Source of the DNA: Desulfurococcales archaeon
GTDB lineage: Archaea; Thermoproteota; Thermoprotei_A; Sulfolobales; Desulfurococcaceae
Direction of reading: 5' to 3'
Length of the DNA stretch: 64,000 bases
Assembly: GCA_027022365.1 (NCBI GenBank)
Contig: JALVYU010000026.1
Coordinates: 96,001-160,000, forward strand
Positions 16,043 through 26,470 of the stretch are shown here, piece after piece; positions within the stretch are counted from its first letter, which is position 1; the number at the start of each line of letters is the position of its first letter. Position numbers and translations under genes: made by a program. The notes under the pieces were generated by a model. It was given only the letters and a program-made list of their open reading frames with translations. It was not told the DNA's origin and ran no database searches.

Positions 16043-16144
16043 TGGTGCGGCGGCCGGGATTTGAACCCGGGATCTCCGGCGCTCAACGGCAAGGACTACT
16101 GCCTTGGCAGGCCGGCGTCCTAGTCCAGGCTAGACGACCGCCGC
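16043..16144 (-). tRNA. tRNA-Gly(GCC) with ~23-nt intron
   Basis: GCGGCGGTCGTCTAGCCTGG...CT-GCC-A[intron]...GGGTTCAAATCCCGGCCGCCGCACCA. Confidence 0.95.
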
Positions 16145-16209
16145 GTATCCAGTGTATCCATGATTGTTCCAGGGGATATAAAATTGTTTTCGGGGTATCC
16201 CTAGAAAAA

Positions 16210-18072
16210 TCATTTGGCTTCGACTTTTTCCTCTCTTACTGCTTTTTCCGCTACTAGTTTCTTGGCCCTTCTCGCCAGTTCTCTGAGTATGTCGTTCTTT
16301 GTTATTATGCTCACAATGTCGCGTTCCTCGCTAAGGACTGGTATTCCGTTGAGGTTTGCTTCTTTCATCATGTCGATTGCCTTAGTTATCAGTGTATTCG
16401 GCGGTATATAGTTCTTGTACGGCACCATTACATCCATCGCTAGTAGTGGTGTTATCTTAACGTATCTTCCCTTCCTCGCTGCTCCTCTGACTAGTTTTCG
16501 TACCCAGATCAACCTCCTGCTCTTTACTCCCCTAACCGCGTCTTCGAACGCTACGAATGGCAGTCTATTAGCGGAAACTACTCCGACAACCTGTGACCCA
16601 TCGTATACTGTAAGTGCATCGATGTAGAGCGCTTTCATCTTGTTGACAGTATGGTAGAGGCTGTGGAATGGATGTACAGAGGCTATCTTGCCTGGCAGGA
16701 TAATGTTCTCTACGAGCAGGTCTCCCATTAGCTTCTTAGCAGCATCGATGACCTGGTCCTTGGTGATGAAGCCTACTATGTCACCCCGCTCATTGACGAC
16801 AAACACAACCTCGGATTCGCTGTTCACCATATCCAACGCTATATCCTCGATAGGCGTGTCGGGCTTGACCCGGGGCACATTCTTAGACATTATATAGTCT
16901 ATGAAGTACCTGTCCTTAGTCCTGCGCCTCCATAGAGGACCCTTAATTCCTAGGGCATAAAGCATGTTCCACTTGGTGACTACGCCAACGATCTCTCCAT
17001 TCTCGTCAACAACGATAAGGTAGTCCGTGCGCCTCCTAAGCATCTCCTTCCTAGCATGTTCAACGGTGTCATTGATTGTGATCGCGGGGAGCTCGTCAAC
17101 CATAATATCGGAGGCCTTGATCCCCGCCCTCTCAGCAATAGTCGGCTTCTCGACAAGCACCTGTGCAAGCATCTTTTCACGGGTGACATAGGAGAACCTC
17201 TCTTCTGTTGCGACAGGTATCGGCATGGGTGCCCGTACTGGTACTGGTGCTCTGCCTGGCTTTGCTCCCTCAAGGTATGCCTGTACCACGTCCTCATAGG
17301 TGAGTATACCGACTACATATCCACTCTTATCAACAACTGGTACTAGGGGCAGGTCTAGCCGGGCCATAGCCTCCGCTACAGGCTCGATGGGCATGTCGCT
17401 CGTGGCAACCATGACTCCTCTTAGCATTATCCGCTTAACCTTAGCTGGGCTCGTAATGTGTTGCTCACTCTCTCGGTGGAAATACCACCTACCAGTCCTC
17501 AAGAGCTCCTTATATGTGAGGATACCTTGCGGTATTGGCTCCTCCTTACTCCTAACTACAACAACGCCCTCCTGGCCATGAAATACTATTCTGCTCCAAA
17601 CACGGTTGACGCGATCGTCGGGTAGCACTGTGTATTTATCAATATCTTTTACCTTCATGATTTCTCCAACACTCTTGGCTAGAGGCTTATAGCCAGTCTT
17701 AATCAAGTAGTTAAGCATATCATTATAGGTGACTACACCGACAAGCCTCTTCTTCTCGAGATCACTGACAATTGGAGCCCCTATGCTCTTAAATCTGCGG
17801 AGCTCATTAAACACCTCGCCCAGCATCATATTCTGGTCGAGGAGCGGGTGTTCTCGGATGGCATCACGTACACGAATAGTACCGTGGTGACTGGTAACCA
17901 TCAACAACTCTATTGGTGTCAAGAACCCTATTACACGGTCCTCAATAGGATCAGATGTTACTGGTACTATGGTCTCCTCTACCCTTCTAGCTCTGCTTCT
18001 AACAACGGATACGGGTAGTCCTAGATCCCTCACTATTAGTCTTGGCTTCCTGGCAATCTCCCAGATCCTCAT
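16210..18072 (-). CDS. Multi-CBS domain protein
   Basis: About 8 CBS repeats (VVGILTYEDV, IVGVVTKWNM, IVGFITKDQV, IITKNDIL). Confidence 0.9.
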   Translation of the reverse strand: MRIWEIARKPRLIVRDLGLPVSVVRSRARRVEETIVPVTSDPIEDRVIGFLTPIELLMVTSHHGTIRVRDAIREHPLLDQNMMLGEVFNELRRFKSIGAPIVSDLEKKRLVGVVTYNDMLNYLIKTGYKPLAKSVGEIMKVKDIDKYTVLPDDRVNRVWSRIVFHGQEGVVVVRSKEEPIPQGILTYKELLRTGRWYFHRESEQHITSPAKVKRIMLRGVMVATSDMPIEPVAEAMARLDLPLVPVVDKSGYVVGILTYEDVVQAYLEGAKPGRAPVPVRAPMPIPVATEERFSYVTREKMLAQVLVEKPTIAERAGIKASDIMVDELPAITINDTVEHARKEMLRRRTDYLIVVDENGEIVGVVTKWNMLYALGIKGPLWRRRTKDRYFIDYIMSKNVPRVKPDTPIEDIALDMVNSESEVVFVVNERGDIVGFITKDQVIDAAKKLMGDLLVENIILPGKIASVHPFHSLYHTVNKMKALYIDALTVYDGSQVVGVVSANRLPFVAFEDAVRGVKSRRLIWVRKLVRGAARKGRYVKITPLLAMDVMVPYKNYIPPNTLITKAIDMMKEANLNGIPVLSEERDIVSIITKNDILRELARRAKKLVAEKAVREEKVEAK

Positions 18073-18245
18073 ATTTAATCACCCATAGAATACTATGATA
18101 CAGAGCACTTACACTGATCCAATATGGATTATCCCGTAGAGCCAATATAAAACTGTGGTTTAATAAAATAGAGAATTAATAATGTAAAACAGAAAGCCCT
18201 GGATAACCTATAAAAACTCCTCTCGATAATCCATTATGTCTGGAT

Positions 18246-18348
18246 GCCGCCGTAGTATAGCCCGGCCAAGTATGCGGGCCTTTCGAGCAGAAAAATAATA
18301 GTACTGCGGAGAAAGCCCGTGACCCGGGTTCAAATCCCGGCGGCGGCA
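18246..18348 (+). tRNA. tRNA-Glu(TTC) with ~28-nt intron
   Basis: GCCGCCGTAGTATAGCCCGG...CT-TTC-G[intron]AGCCCGTGACCCGGGTTCAAATCCCGGCGGCGGCA. Confidence 0.95.
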
Positions 18349-18453
18349 CTCTGTTTCATTCTATCATTGGTGACTATTATATATGATCACTATTGCGCAG
18401 AATGGGTAAAAAATTATTTACCCGGATAACTAAATATTTACCAGTGATGCATT

Positions 18454-18696
18454 ATGCCTATACCTCCAGACATAGCTGGATTATTCGATATAATCGTATG
18501 GGTACTCCTACTATTCTCGACAATCATCGTAGGTGTAATCGTGGCAGAACACCTATTAACAAGCCTGAGAAAAACGACGGTATCAACGAGCACCACCAAT
18601 ACCGATGGAAGAGATGAAATATTCAGGGAGCTCTTACAAAAGATACGCGACCTCAAACGAGAAATCAGATGGTTGAGAGAAGAATTAAGGGATTAA
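18454..18696 (+). CDS. Small membrane protein with coiled-coil tail
   Basis: Single TM helix plus heptad tail. Confidence 0.65.
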   Translation: MPIPPDIAGLFDIIVWVLLLFSTIIVGVIVAEHLLTSLRKTTVSTSTTNTDGRDEIFRELLQKIRDLKREIRWLREELRD

Positions 18697-18708
18697 ACCA
18701 TAAAATAG

Positions 18709-19074
18709 GTGCTTCGTCCGCCATATAATTATTGTTCGATGAGGTCAGAGCCTATGGCCGATGAAGACAATAATATGGATAATTACATTTATTTATTCAA
18801 GGCACTATCAAATCCTATAAGGCTCAAGATCCTTGCTCTTTGCTCGCAGAAGCCCATGACCAGCAAAGAGCTACGTGTAGCCCTAGGTATATCTAAGCCT
18901 CTACTATTAGCACACCTAAAGATATTGATTAAAGCAGGCCTCATACAGTATGATATAGAGATAGATAGTGAGAGAGGGCTGATTAGGAAAAGATACCGTG
19001 CCGCAAAGATCAGGTTCTATATCGATAACGATGTTATCCAGAAGATCGTGGGTTTTAATAAGACAAATACATAG
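18709..19074 (+). CDS. ArsR-family transcriptional regulator
   Basis: FKALSNPIRLKIL...HLKILIKAGLI; real start probably ATG 18754 or later. Confidence 0.85.
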   Translation: MLRPPYNYCSMRSEPMADEDNNMDNYIYLFKALSNPIRLKILALCSQKPMTSKELRVALGISKPLLLAHLKILIKAGLIQYDIEIDSERGLIRKRYRAAKIRFYIDNDVIQKIVGFNKTNT

Positions 19075-19105
19075 GCGTAAACAAGATATTATTTAATGGG
19101 TGTAG

Positions 19106-19618
<513 letters not shown>

Positions 19619-19621
19619 CCC

Positions 19622-20194
19622 CTAAACAGGAAAACTATTTTTATTGAGAAGCCCTCTTCTCAGAATTTCCTCGACCAGATCCTTATCTTCACCTACGCTA
19701 TCCCTTATATCGACACCGTCTCTGATAGTCTCAATATATTCCCAGGGAAATAGAACCCACTGGCTAGTCTCCTCGTAGTAGTAGTCCGGCGAAATAGTTC
19801 GCTGGGGCTTAACAAACAATGTGAGACTCCTTATTTCTTTAGCCTCATATCTTGACAGCTCCTCTATTACTAGCTGAAGAGTCCTACCACTTTCGACAAC
19901 ATCGTCCACTACAAGAACATTTAGCCCGGCTATCATATGTGTGGGCGGCAATGTCAGATGTGGTTTAGCCATCCTTGTCCCGACAGCTTTGTAGAACTTC
20001 ACACCGATAAATCCGATCTCATCTACTTGCACCAGATCCGATAGTATTCTTGCAGGTATTAATCCTCCCTTAAGAACAGCAAAGATTATGTCGGGGATGA
20101 AGCCATCTCTGTACAGTCTTTTAGCCAACATTATTAGAGCTCTATGAAGCTCTTTCCAGGACATATATCTTATGGATATATTCTCGCTCGCCAT
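19622..20194 (-). CDS. Type I phosphoribosyltransferase
   Basis: VLVVDDVVESGRTL PRPP motif; WVLFPWE. Confidence 0.9.
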   Translation of the reverse strand: MASENISIRYMSWKELHRALIMLAKRLYRDGFIPDIIFAVLKGGLIPARILSDLVQVDEIGFIGVKFYKAVGTRMAKPHLTLPPTHMIAGLNVLVVDDVVESGRTLQLVIEELSRYEAKEIRSLTLFVKPQRTISPDYYYEETSQWVLFPWEYIETIRDGVDIRDSVGEDKDLVEEILRRGLLNKNSFPV

Positions 20195-20292
20195 ATTCTA
20201 CGTTATTCAAGTACGTGTTTTTAAACCATTATACTTCCTTGATCAGGGTAGAATTTAATAGATATGAACCAATAAAATCTTGGAGTGGGCAC

Positions 20293-21900
20293 GTGGCAAA
20301 GACAAAATACGTGTTTATCACCGGAGGCGTTCTCTCAGGGCTGGGAAAAGGAATAGTCACAGCATCTACAGGTCTCCTGATAAAAAGCATGGGCTATAGC
20401 GTTACGGCAATCAAGATCGATCCTTATGTCAACGTCGATGCTGGCACCATGAATCCATTTATGCATGGCGAGGTCTTCGTAACAGAAGATGGTGGCGAGA
20501 CCGACCTAGACCTAGGCCACTACGAGAGATTTCTAGGAATCAACCTAAGCAAGGAAAACAATATCACGACAGGACAAGTCTACCTATCAGTGATCACAAA
20601 GGAGAGAAAGGGCGAATATCTAGGCAAATGCGTACAAATAATACCTCACATCACCGATGAGATAAAAAACCGTATACGGAGAATCGCCAGGGATAATGAA
20701 GCCGACGTAGTTCTGGTAGAGATTGGTGGAACTGTCGGAGATATAGAAAGCCTTCCCTTCCTCGAGGCAATAAGACAGATGCGCATAGAAGAAGGCAGAA
20801 ACAATACGGTCTCCATACACGTGGCACTAGCACCCATCCTATCCGTCACTGGAGAACAGAAGACAAAGCCTGTTCAACACAGCATACAAGAGCTGAGAAG
20901 AATAGGTATAATGCCAGACATAGTGGTTGTACGATCCCAGAGAGACCTGGAACCCGAGGCTCGAAGGAAAATAGTGTTATATTCTAATCTCCCAGTCGAT
21001 GCCGTGTTCGGCGATCCTGATGTTGATACAATATATGAGGTACCATTACTGCTTCACTCAAAGGGCTACACCCGATACATTGCAAGACTACTAGATCTAG
21101 AATACAGAGAACCCGATATCTCCAAGTGGGAAGAGTTCGTTAACCGGGTCAAGAACACTGGTAAGAAAGTAAGGGTAGCAATGATAGGAAAATACACAAA
21201 GCTCCACGACAGCTACATAAGCATAATCGAGGCACTCCGACACTCAGGGGCATGGAACAACGTCGGCATAGAGCTCAAATGGTATGAGTCGACAGAGATA
21301 GAGAGAGGAATGATCAAACCCGAGAAAATAGTTGAAGAGACAGATGCCGCTATCATACTCCCAGGCTTCGGGAAAAGAGGTGCAGAGGGAAAAATACACG
21401 CGATCAAAACGCTTAGAGAAAACAATAAACCGGTACTAGGGATATGTTTTGGAATGCAGTTAATGGTTATAGAGATATTCAGGAATGTTATTGGCTGGGA
21501 GAAAGCAAATAGCACTGAGCTTAACCCCAATACTCCTTACCCGGTAGTGGATCTCCTGCCAAGCCAATACAATGTAAAACATCTCGGAGGATCAATGAGG
21601 CTCGGAGCACATCCAATTAGAATTGTTCGAGACACAATAGCGTATAAGATGTATAATAAAGAATTGATCTACGAACGCCATAGACATAGATACGAAGTAA
21701 ACCCAAAGTATCTCGACAAACTAGAATCTGTGGGAGTACGTATTAGTGGATGGAGTATAGAGGAATACCCGGAATTCATAGAGATGAAACAGTATAAGAC
21801 AATATTCTTCGGGAGCCAGCCTCATCCCGAGTTCAAGAGCAGACCATTAGAACCGTCCCCTGTGTACACGTATTTTGTAAAAATCATTAAAAGGCAGTGA
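20293..21900 (+). CDS. pyrG: CTP synthase
   Basis: KYVFITGGVLSGLGKG, GICFGMQ, ERHRHRYE, QPHPE; GTG 20293 is the likely start. Confidence 0.98.
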   Translation: MAKTKYVFITGGVLSGLGKGIVTASTGLLIKSMGYSVTAIKIDPYVNVDAGTMNPFMHGEVFVTEDGGETDLDLGHYERFLGINLSKENNITTGQVYLSVITKERKGEYLGKCVQIIPHITDEIKNRIRRIARDNEADVVLVEIGGTVGDIESLPFLEAIRQMRIEEGRNNTVSIHVALAPILSVTGEQKTKPVQHSIQELRRIGIMPDIVVVRSQRDLEPEARRKIVLYSNLPVDAVFGDPDVDTIYEVPLLLHSKGYTRYIARLLDLEYREPDISKWEEFVNRVKNTGKKVRVAMIGKYTKLHDSYISIIEALRHSGAWNNVGIELKWYESTEIERGMIKPEKIVEETDAAIILPGFGKRGAEGKIHAIKTLRENNKPVLGICFGMQLMVIEIFRNVIGWEKANSTELNPNTPYPVVDLLPSQYNVKHLGGSMRLGAHPIRIVRDTIAYKMYNKELIYERHRHRYEVNPKYLDKLESVGVRISGWSIEEYPEFIEMKQYKTIFFGSQPHPEFKSRPLEPSPVYTYFVKIIKRQ

Positions 21901-22370
21901 TGACTTTTCAAGAATAATTCTTGCGTTCGATCCATATAAGAACGCGGAGATCGGAGAATTTATTGCTAAGCTTGTTCGGGCCAAAAAGTATATTGAAGGT
22001 ATAAAGGTAGGGCTATCATTCCTAATATGATAAGGGTTGCCGGGAGTTAGGGGTATTGTCGAAGAAGTATGTGACGTGTAACATATAGTGTTGGATACAA
22101 GCTAGCAGACATAGCACTCGTAATGATCCCCCATGTAGAGCCTTTCGGGATCAACCAGGGTTATCGATCTATCGCTGGCTACGATGATTAGAGAAAACTA
22201 TCATCCAAAGAGATAACTGTCAAAATATACTCGCTCCGGCATAGGTGGTCAAGGCATTGAGCCAGGCTCCGCATTGAAGGCTAGTGCAGACTACGAGATC
22301 ATAGGTGTTAGTGGTGTTGCGACTCTGAGGGCCGTTGTAGAATTCATACTTGCACGAGCTTGTTGACATA
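21898..22370 (+). pseudogene. pyrF: Orotidine-5'-phosphate decarboxylase pseudogene
   Basis: RIILAFD...GIKVGL**G (stops 22028-22033), frameshifted D-YKLADI, later GIGGQGIEPGSALKASADYEIIG. Confidence 0.8.
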
Positions 22371-22420
22371 GCACATAGAAGGTGACATATATAATATTAA
22401 ACGTGTAGATTAGAAATACT

Positions 22421-22493
22421 GGTTGCCCGATGACAGCCCGTCGGGTGTCGCCCGCATCGTCTGAGTGGTGACGAGTCCCTCGGCTAGGAGGGC
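22421..22493 (+). ncRNA. Candidate C/D-like sRNA
   Basis: GC-rich island about 30 nt after TATATAAT; terminal GCCC/GGGC stem, CGATGA, CTGA and GTGACGA boxes; terminal D box is degenerate. Confidence 0.4.
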
Positions 22494-24140
22494 TTAAGTA
22501 TTAATTATCGGTAGCCTATTAATGATCCATAGTACATCGAAGGGATATAGAACAGATAGATCAGGAGTAACTATTCTTGATACAGCGATGAAGCCTCTAT
22601 GTATAATATTATCTATGCGTTGTAGAAGAGAGGTTGTGTCAAGACATATACTTTCATGCATTAGCTTCTCAATTATCTTTGCCGCATAGTTGATTTGTCC
22701 TTTCTCTACTATCCTCGGATTGTCTACTAGTAAGTCGTAGTTTTGATTATTGAATTTTATCACGATCTTATCGTTTTTGGCCTTGATGCGTGTTTTTCTA
22801 GTTAGGCAGATCCTTCGGGTACGTGGTTTTTTGAAGCAGGCGGGTTTCTTAGGGTAGAGATCATTGTCTATGCGTATTTTCTGTGAAGGGATAATAGTCG
22901 GTCTATATTTACGCATGACTATGACTGTATCAGAGTGGGGTAGCATAGCTGAGGAGGCGCTCATTACTCCTACAATACTTATACCTTTATTCTTCATATC
23001 TGTGCATAGGCTTGTTAGGGGTGTTATAGGTTCTTCAATGATTATCTCATCCATGAACTTGTCCTTATATAGCAGATTTGTTGCTGCTGTGTCTTCGTCG
23101 AACAATACAATGTTCATGCCCGCCTCTATAGCCTCTGAAATACCTGCAGCCATACTTGTAGAGCCGCTTGCATTAAGCGTATGGAATTTCTGCGTGTCTA
23201 TTTGTGAAGGCAGGTTATTGATGAAAACCGATATGTCTACGCCATTAATTATTCTACCGTCCTCAGCCTTAACATACACGGCTTCGGGCAATGTTACAAC
23301 GTATTCTCGCCCATCACCGGGTATGTGGGGATAAATCCCTTCTATAATAGAATTGAGCAGCGTTGATTTGCCGTGAAAACCGCCACCAGTTATGACTGTT
23401 ATCCCAGCCTTTATCGCTAGGCCCTTCAGAACCTTGCCGTCCGGAAGCTCTATCTCTTCTGAGCAAGGTTTATCCACTATAAATGGTATGGCGTTTGGTA
23501 AGGGCTTATCACTTCTACTGGTTTTTCTCGGAAGTATGCTTCCATTAGCAATAAATGATATAAACTCGTTTTCTCTCAGCCATTTCCTAATGAAGAAATA
23601 ATCGTCATAGACCGTTACGTGCTTCTTGAGCTTTGCTCGGTATTTATTCGGAAAATCACCTATTTTGGAGAGTATTCCTACTAGGTATTCACGAAGCATC
23701 CTGGCGGCTATTCTACCTAGTACTCTCCTTCCTCTAGCAGGTAAGCCCACATATAGTCTAACCACAAGGCTTGAGCCGCGTGCTTCAGCACTAGATCTAT
23801 ATATGACGCATGGGCTGAGCCTGGGTATACCTATATAACCACTATTGCCTGTCCCCCGTTTGGCCGAGTATGTTCTTGAAGCTGAATGTATTATTCGTGA
23901 AACAAAATCTAAAATAGGCGTTCTTAGCTCCTTGATCTTATGTACCTTATATGGTATCTCAACCTCTAATACTGATGGAGGAGCATAAGGATCGCTCTGT
24001 ATCTTCGTGAACGTAGCTATACAGCCGCTTATCGAGAACTTTATACTCGATAACCTCTTGTAACTCTTATAGCCTCTACCATCTATCCTATAGAGCATCT
24101 CGATTACTTCTGCCAGGGGCACTATCCCCAATTTGTACAC
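22494..24140 (-). CDS. Predicted ABC-class ATPase (COG3044-like)
   Basis: QSDPYAPPS, GGGFHGKST, AEDGR, NASGSTS, DEDTAATN. Confidence 0.9.
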   Translation of the reverse strand: MYKLGIVPLAEVIEMLYRIDGRGYKSYKRLSSIKFSISGCIATFTKIQSDPYAPPSVLEVEIPYKVHKIKELRTPILDFVSRIIHSASRTYSAKRGTGNSGYIGIPRLSPCVIYRSSAEARGSSLVVRLYVGLPARGRRVLGRIAARMLREYLVGILSKIGDFPNKYRAKLKKHVTVYDDYFFIRKWLRENEFISFIANGSILPRKTSRSDKPLPNAIPFIVDKPCSEEIELPDGKVLKGLAIKAGITVITGGGFHGKSTLLNSIIEGIYPHIPGDGREYVVTLPEAVYVKAEDGRIINGVDISVFINNLPSQIDTQKFHTLNASGSTSMAAGISEAIEAGMNIVLFDEDTAATNLLYKDKFMDEIIIEEPITPLTSLCTDMKNKGISIVGVMSASSAMLPHSDTVIVMRKYRPTIIPSQKIRIDNDLYPKKPACFKKPRTRRICLTRKTRIKAKNDKIVIKFNNQNYDLLVDNPRIVEKGQINYAAKIIEKLMHESICLDTTSLLQRIDNIIHRGFIAVSRIVTPDLSVLYPFDVLWIINRLPIINT

Positions 24141-25085
24141 CTACCAGTACTCAGTGAACATCCACATATTTGCTGGCGTAGGCTTATCCATTATAGATGG
24201 AACGGTTTTTCCCTCATCTATCCTTTTAAGCGCCTGTCTTAAGGGAACCGCGTCTAGAGCAATGGTCGTCGCCAGTGCAGCGAGACCCTGGTATTTTCCC
24301 CAGCGTCTTCGATAGATTTTCGGGGCGTCTCTATCGCTGACGCGATATACATGTGCAATTATTCTTTTGAGCCAACGATCAATCGGTGCTCTCCAATATT
24401 CTCTCCTCGCGAGGATCATGGCTAGAGACGCAGTGTATTCGCCGATCCCCTTAATTGATACCAGATCATAAAATTCGATCTCACTACTAGGCTTCCCTAC
24501 GAATAGCTTGCCTACACGCATAATTGTTTCTGCACGATATCCTGTTTTAGCTTGGACAAGTAATTCGGGGTGCTTGAGAATATCATTGGGTGTAGGTGGA
24601 ACTAGCAACTCCTTATTTTCTACAAGTATTCTTCGTCCATAAAGCTTGATTATCGACGCCAGCATTTTCCATCCTTGAAGAAAACTAGCGTTCTGTTGAC
24701 AGACACCAATAACCGTTGCCCACCATAGATCTGATTGTCTGGGTCTCCATCCATAATATTTCTTAGCAAATTCGAAGAGAAGGGGATCTTTTAATGCTTT
24801 CTCGTAAAACTCCCTATAGCTGTTCCTGAGATCGAAAAATGAGACGATGATCCTTTCATCTATGTCGGCGCAGACGTTTTTTAAACTATAAACACACACC
24901 TCCACTTGATCCTTGTTGGTCTCCGCAACTAATACTGTATCACCTACCGCGAAACGCCCAGTTACCCCATCGTACTCCCACGGAAAACTGTATGCGCCAA
25001 GCACCAGTCTCCACGTTAGTTTCTCTGTAATCTTAAACGTTAAGCAGGGGACAACCAATCCATGCACCATACAAGAATCTGGCAA
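24141..25085 (-). CDS. HhH-GPD DNA glycosylase (AlkA/Ogg-like)
   Basis: CQQNAS, LVSIKGIGEYTA HhH, PIDRW. Confidence 0.85.
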   Translation of the reverse strand: MPDSCMVHGLVVPCLTFKITEKLTWRLVLGAYSFPWEYDGVTGRFAVGDTVLVAETNKDQVEVCVYSLKNVCADIDERIIVSFFDLRNSYREFYEKALKDPLLFEFAKKYYGWRPRQSDLWWATVIGVCQQNASFLQGWKMLASIIKLYGRRILVENKELLVPPTPNDILKHPELLVQAKTGYRAETIMRVGKLFVGKPSSEIEFYDLVSIKGIGEYTASLAMILARREYWRAPIDRWLKRIIAHVYRVSDRDAPKIYRRRWGKYQGLAALATTIALDAVPLRQALKRIDEGKTVPSIMDKPTPANMWMFTEYW

Positions 25086-25102
25086 GGAAAAGATATTATT
25101 AG

Positions 25103-25220
25103 TGGCGCCGGGGGCGGGATTCGAACCCGCGCGCCCCCCGAGGGGGCAGTGGGTCTCTCAGCTCGGGAAAGCCGGAAAAGGTCTCGAGCCCACCCCCTTA
25201 GGCCGCTCGGGCACCCCGGC
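25103..25220 (-). tRNA. tRNA-Ser(CGA) with intron
   Basis: GCCGGGGTGCCCGAGCGGCCTAAGGGGGTGGGCT-CGA-G[intron]ACCCAC, long variable arm, GGTTCGAATCC...GCCA. Confidence 0.95.
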
Positions 25221-25336
25221 GTCTAGTCTAGAAATAAGTTTAGCGTGTCCCTTATTTATTTATATCAATTACAAGCTGGTGTTTTCCGTTATGAATATAA
25301 ACACTAGTTGCAAAATTACTTTTACCTAGGATATGC

Positions 25337-25424
25337 GCGGGGGTGCCCGAGCTAGGCCAAAGGGGCCGGGTTGAGGACCCGGTGGCGTAGGCCTGCGTGG
25401 GTTCAAATCCCACCCCCCGCACCA
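25337..25424 (+). tRNA. tRNA-Leu(GAG)
   Basis: GCGGGGGTGCCCGAGCTAGGCCAAAGGGGCCGGGTT-GAG-GACCCGG...GGTTCAAATCCCACCCCCCGCACCA. Confidence 0.97.
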
Positions 25425-25449
25425 CAATTCTATGGCTTGGTGTTGATGG

Positions 25450-25731
25450 TTGCGTCACTTAATGGTGGAAATCAAGCAAAGGATTAGTAATTTTGACGAG
25501 TTCTCCGATAAGCTCCTCGAAAAGCTTAAGCCGAGGAGGTATTTAAAGACTAATGGTTTTGTTTCAACGCTTTTCCTCGTACTGGATGATTCTATTCTTC
25601 TTGTAAGCTATAATGGTGACAAAATCTACATAGATATCCATGCTTACGGCGATACTGACCCCGTTGAGCTGTTCTCTAAAATAGGAACGTTTGATAAGCG
25701 GCTGATAGTAGTACATTATATCGAGCGCTAA
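25450..25731 (+). CDS. Small hypothetical protein
   Basis: 93-aa ORF of protein-like composition; faint SAM-decarboxylase-like fold pattern (IYIDIHAYG...HYIER). Confidence 0.55.
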   Translation: MRHLMVEIKQRISNFDEFSDKLLEKLKPRRYLKTNGFVSTLFLVLDDSILLVSYNGDKIYIDIHAYGDTDPVELFSKIGTFDKRLIVVHYIER

Positions 25732-25991
25732 TAGATCATTATTCCGGCTTTCCCACTGAAATTCATAATCATAATAGATACTACGCGTCCATCCTTTATC
25801 CTCACTATTATGTCTTCATCCTTACTTAGGAACTCCTCGTCCGCCTCTTCTATGTCGTATCCGAAGTTGATGTACAGTATGTCGTTCTGCTTATCGTACT
25901 CGATCCATATCTTGTCCAGGTCTTTGATCGAATACATTTTTGCCTCGGGTTTATTCTCAGAATGCTCGGACAATCTAGAGCACCTTTCCAT
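25728..25991 (-). CDS. DUF2283-like protein
   Basis: IEYDKQNDILYINF...DIIVRIKDGRVVSIMI. Confidence 0.75.
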   Translation of the reverse strand: MERCSRLSEHSENKPEAKMYSIKDLDKIWIEYDKQNDILYINFGYDIEEADEEFLSKDEDIIVRIKDGRVVSIMIMNFSGKAGIMIY

Positions 25992-26057
25992 GTGTTATCT
26001 CATTTTCTTGATTGGGGAATAATTGTTAGAGTGGTTATTTAAACATGTTTAAAAAAC

Positions 26058-26375
26058 TCAGAATGGAGCAATAACGATGTCGGCAAAGTCCACTGGTAAT
26101 GGGAGATTCCTAGATTTGTAGTACTCGTACTTTTCTTCGAGGAATTTGAGGAATCTTGGGCAATTATCATATCTACCGTCACGGTCGCATTTCTCGCCTA
26201 GCGCTATGAAGCACATACCTGTTTTCTTGTCATAGTACGGGCATATCTTGTGGTGGTGCTTGGCGCTTCTCAGCATACGCTGTATCCAGCGCTGTTTCTC
26301 ACTCGTGTTTTTCTCGGATTTTTTCTCGAGGGCTTTCTGGAGCTCGTCGTCTGAAACATATGAGCCTGCACACAT
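26058..26375 (-). CDS. Cys-rich conserved hypothetical protein
   Basis: CPYYD...CF...C...C cluster; GGAGG SD. Confidence 0.75.
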   Translation of the reverse strand: MCAGSYVSDDELQKALEKKSEKNTSEKQRWIQRMLRSAKHHHKICPYYDKKTGMCFIALGEKCDRDGRYDNCPRFLKFLEEKYEYYKSRNLPLPVDFADIVIAPF

Positions 26376-26470
26376 AGTTTATCGCCTCCTCCGATAAAAT
26401 CGTAGAGATTATTGGCAACACTGTATTGCCTAATATAAGCTAGATGTATTCAAAAACTTATAAGAATATC

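Noticed and set aside
16042-16257. ORFs overlapping tRNAs (also 24913..25329, 25252..25458, 61270..61500)
   Set aside because: Antisense translations of tRNA genes (GFEP pattern).
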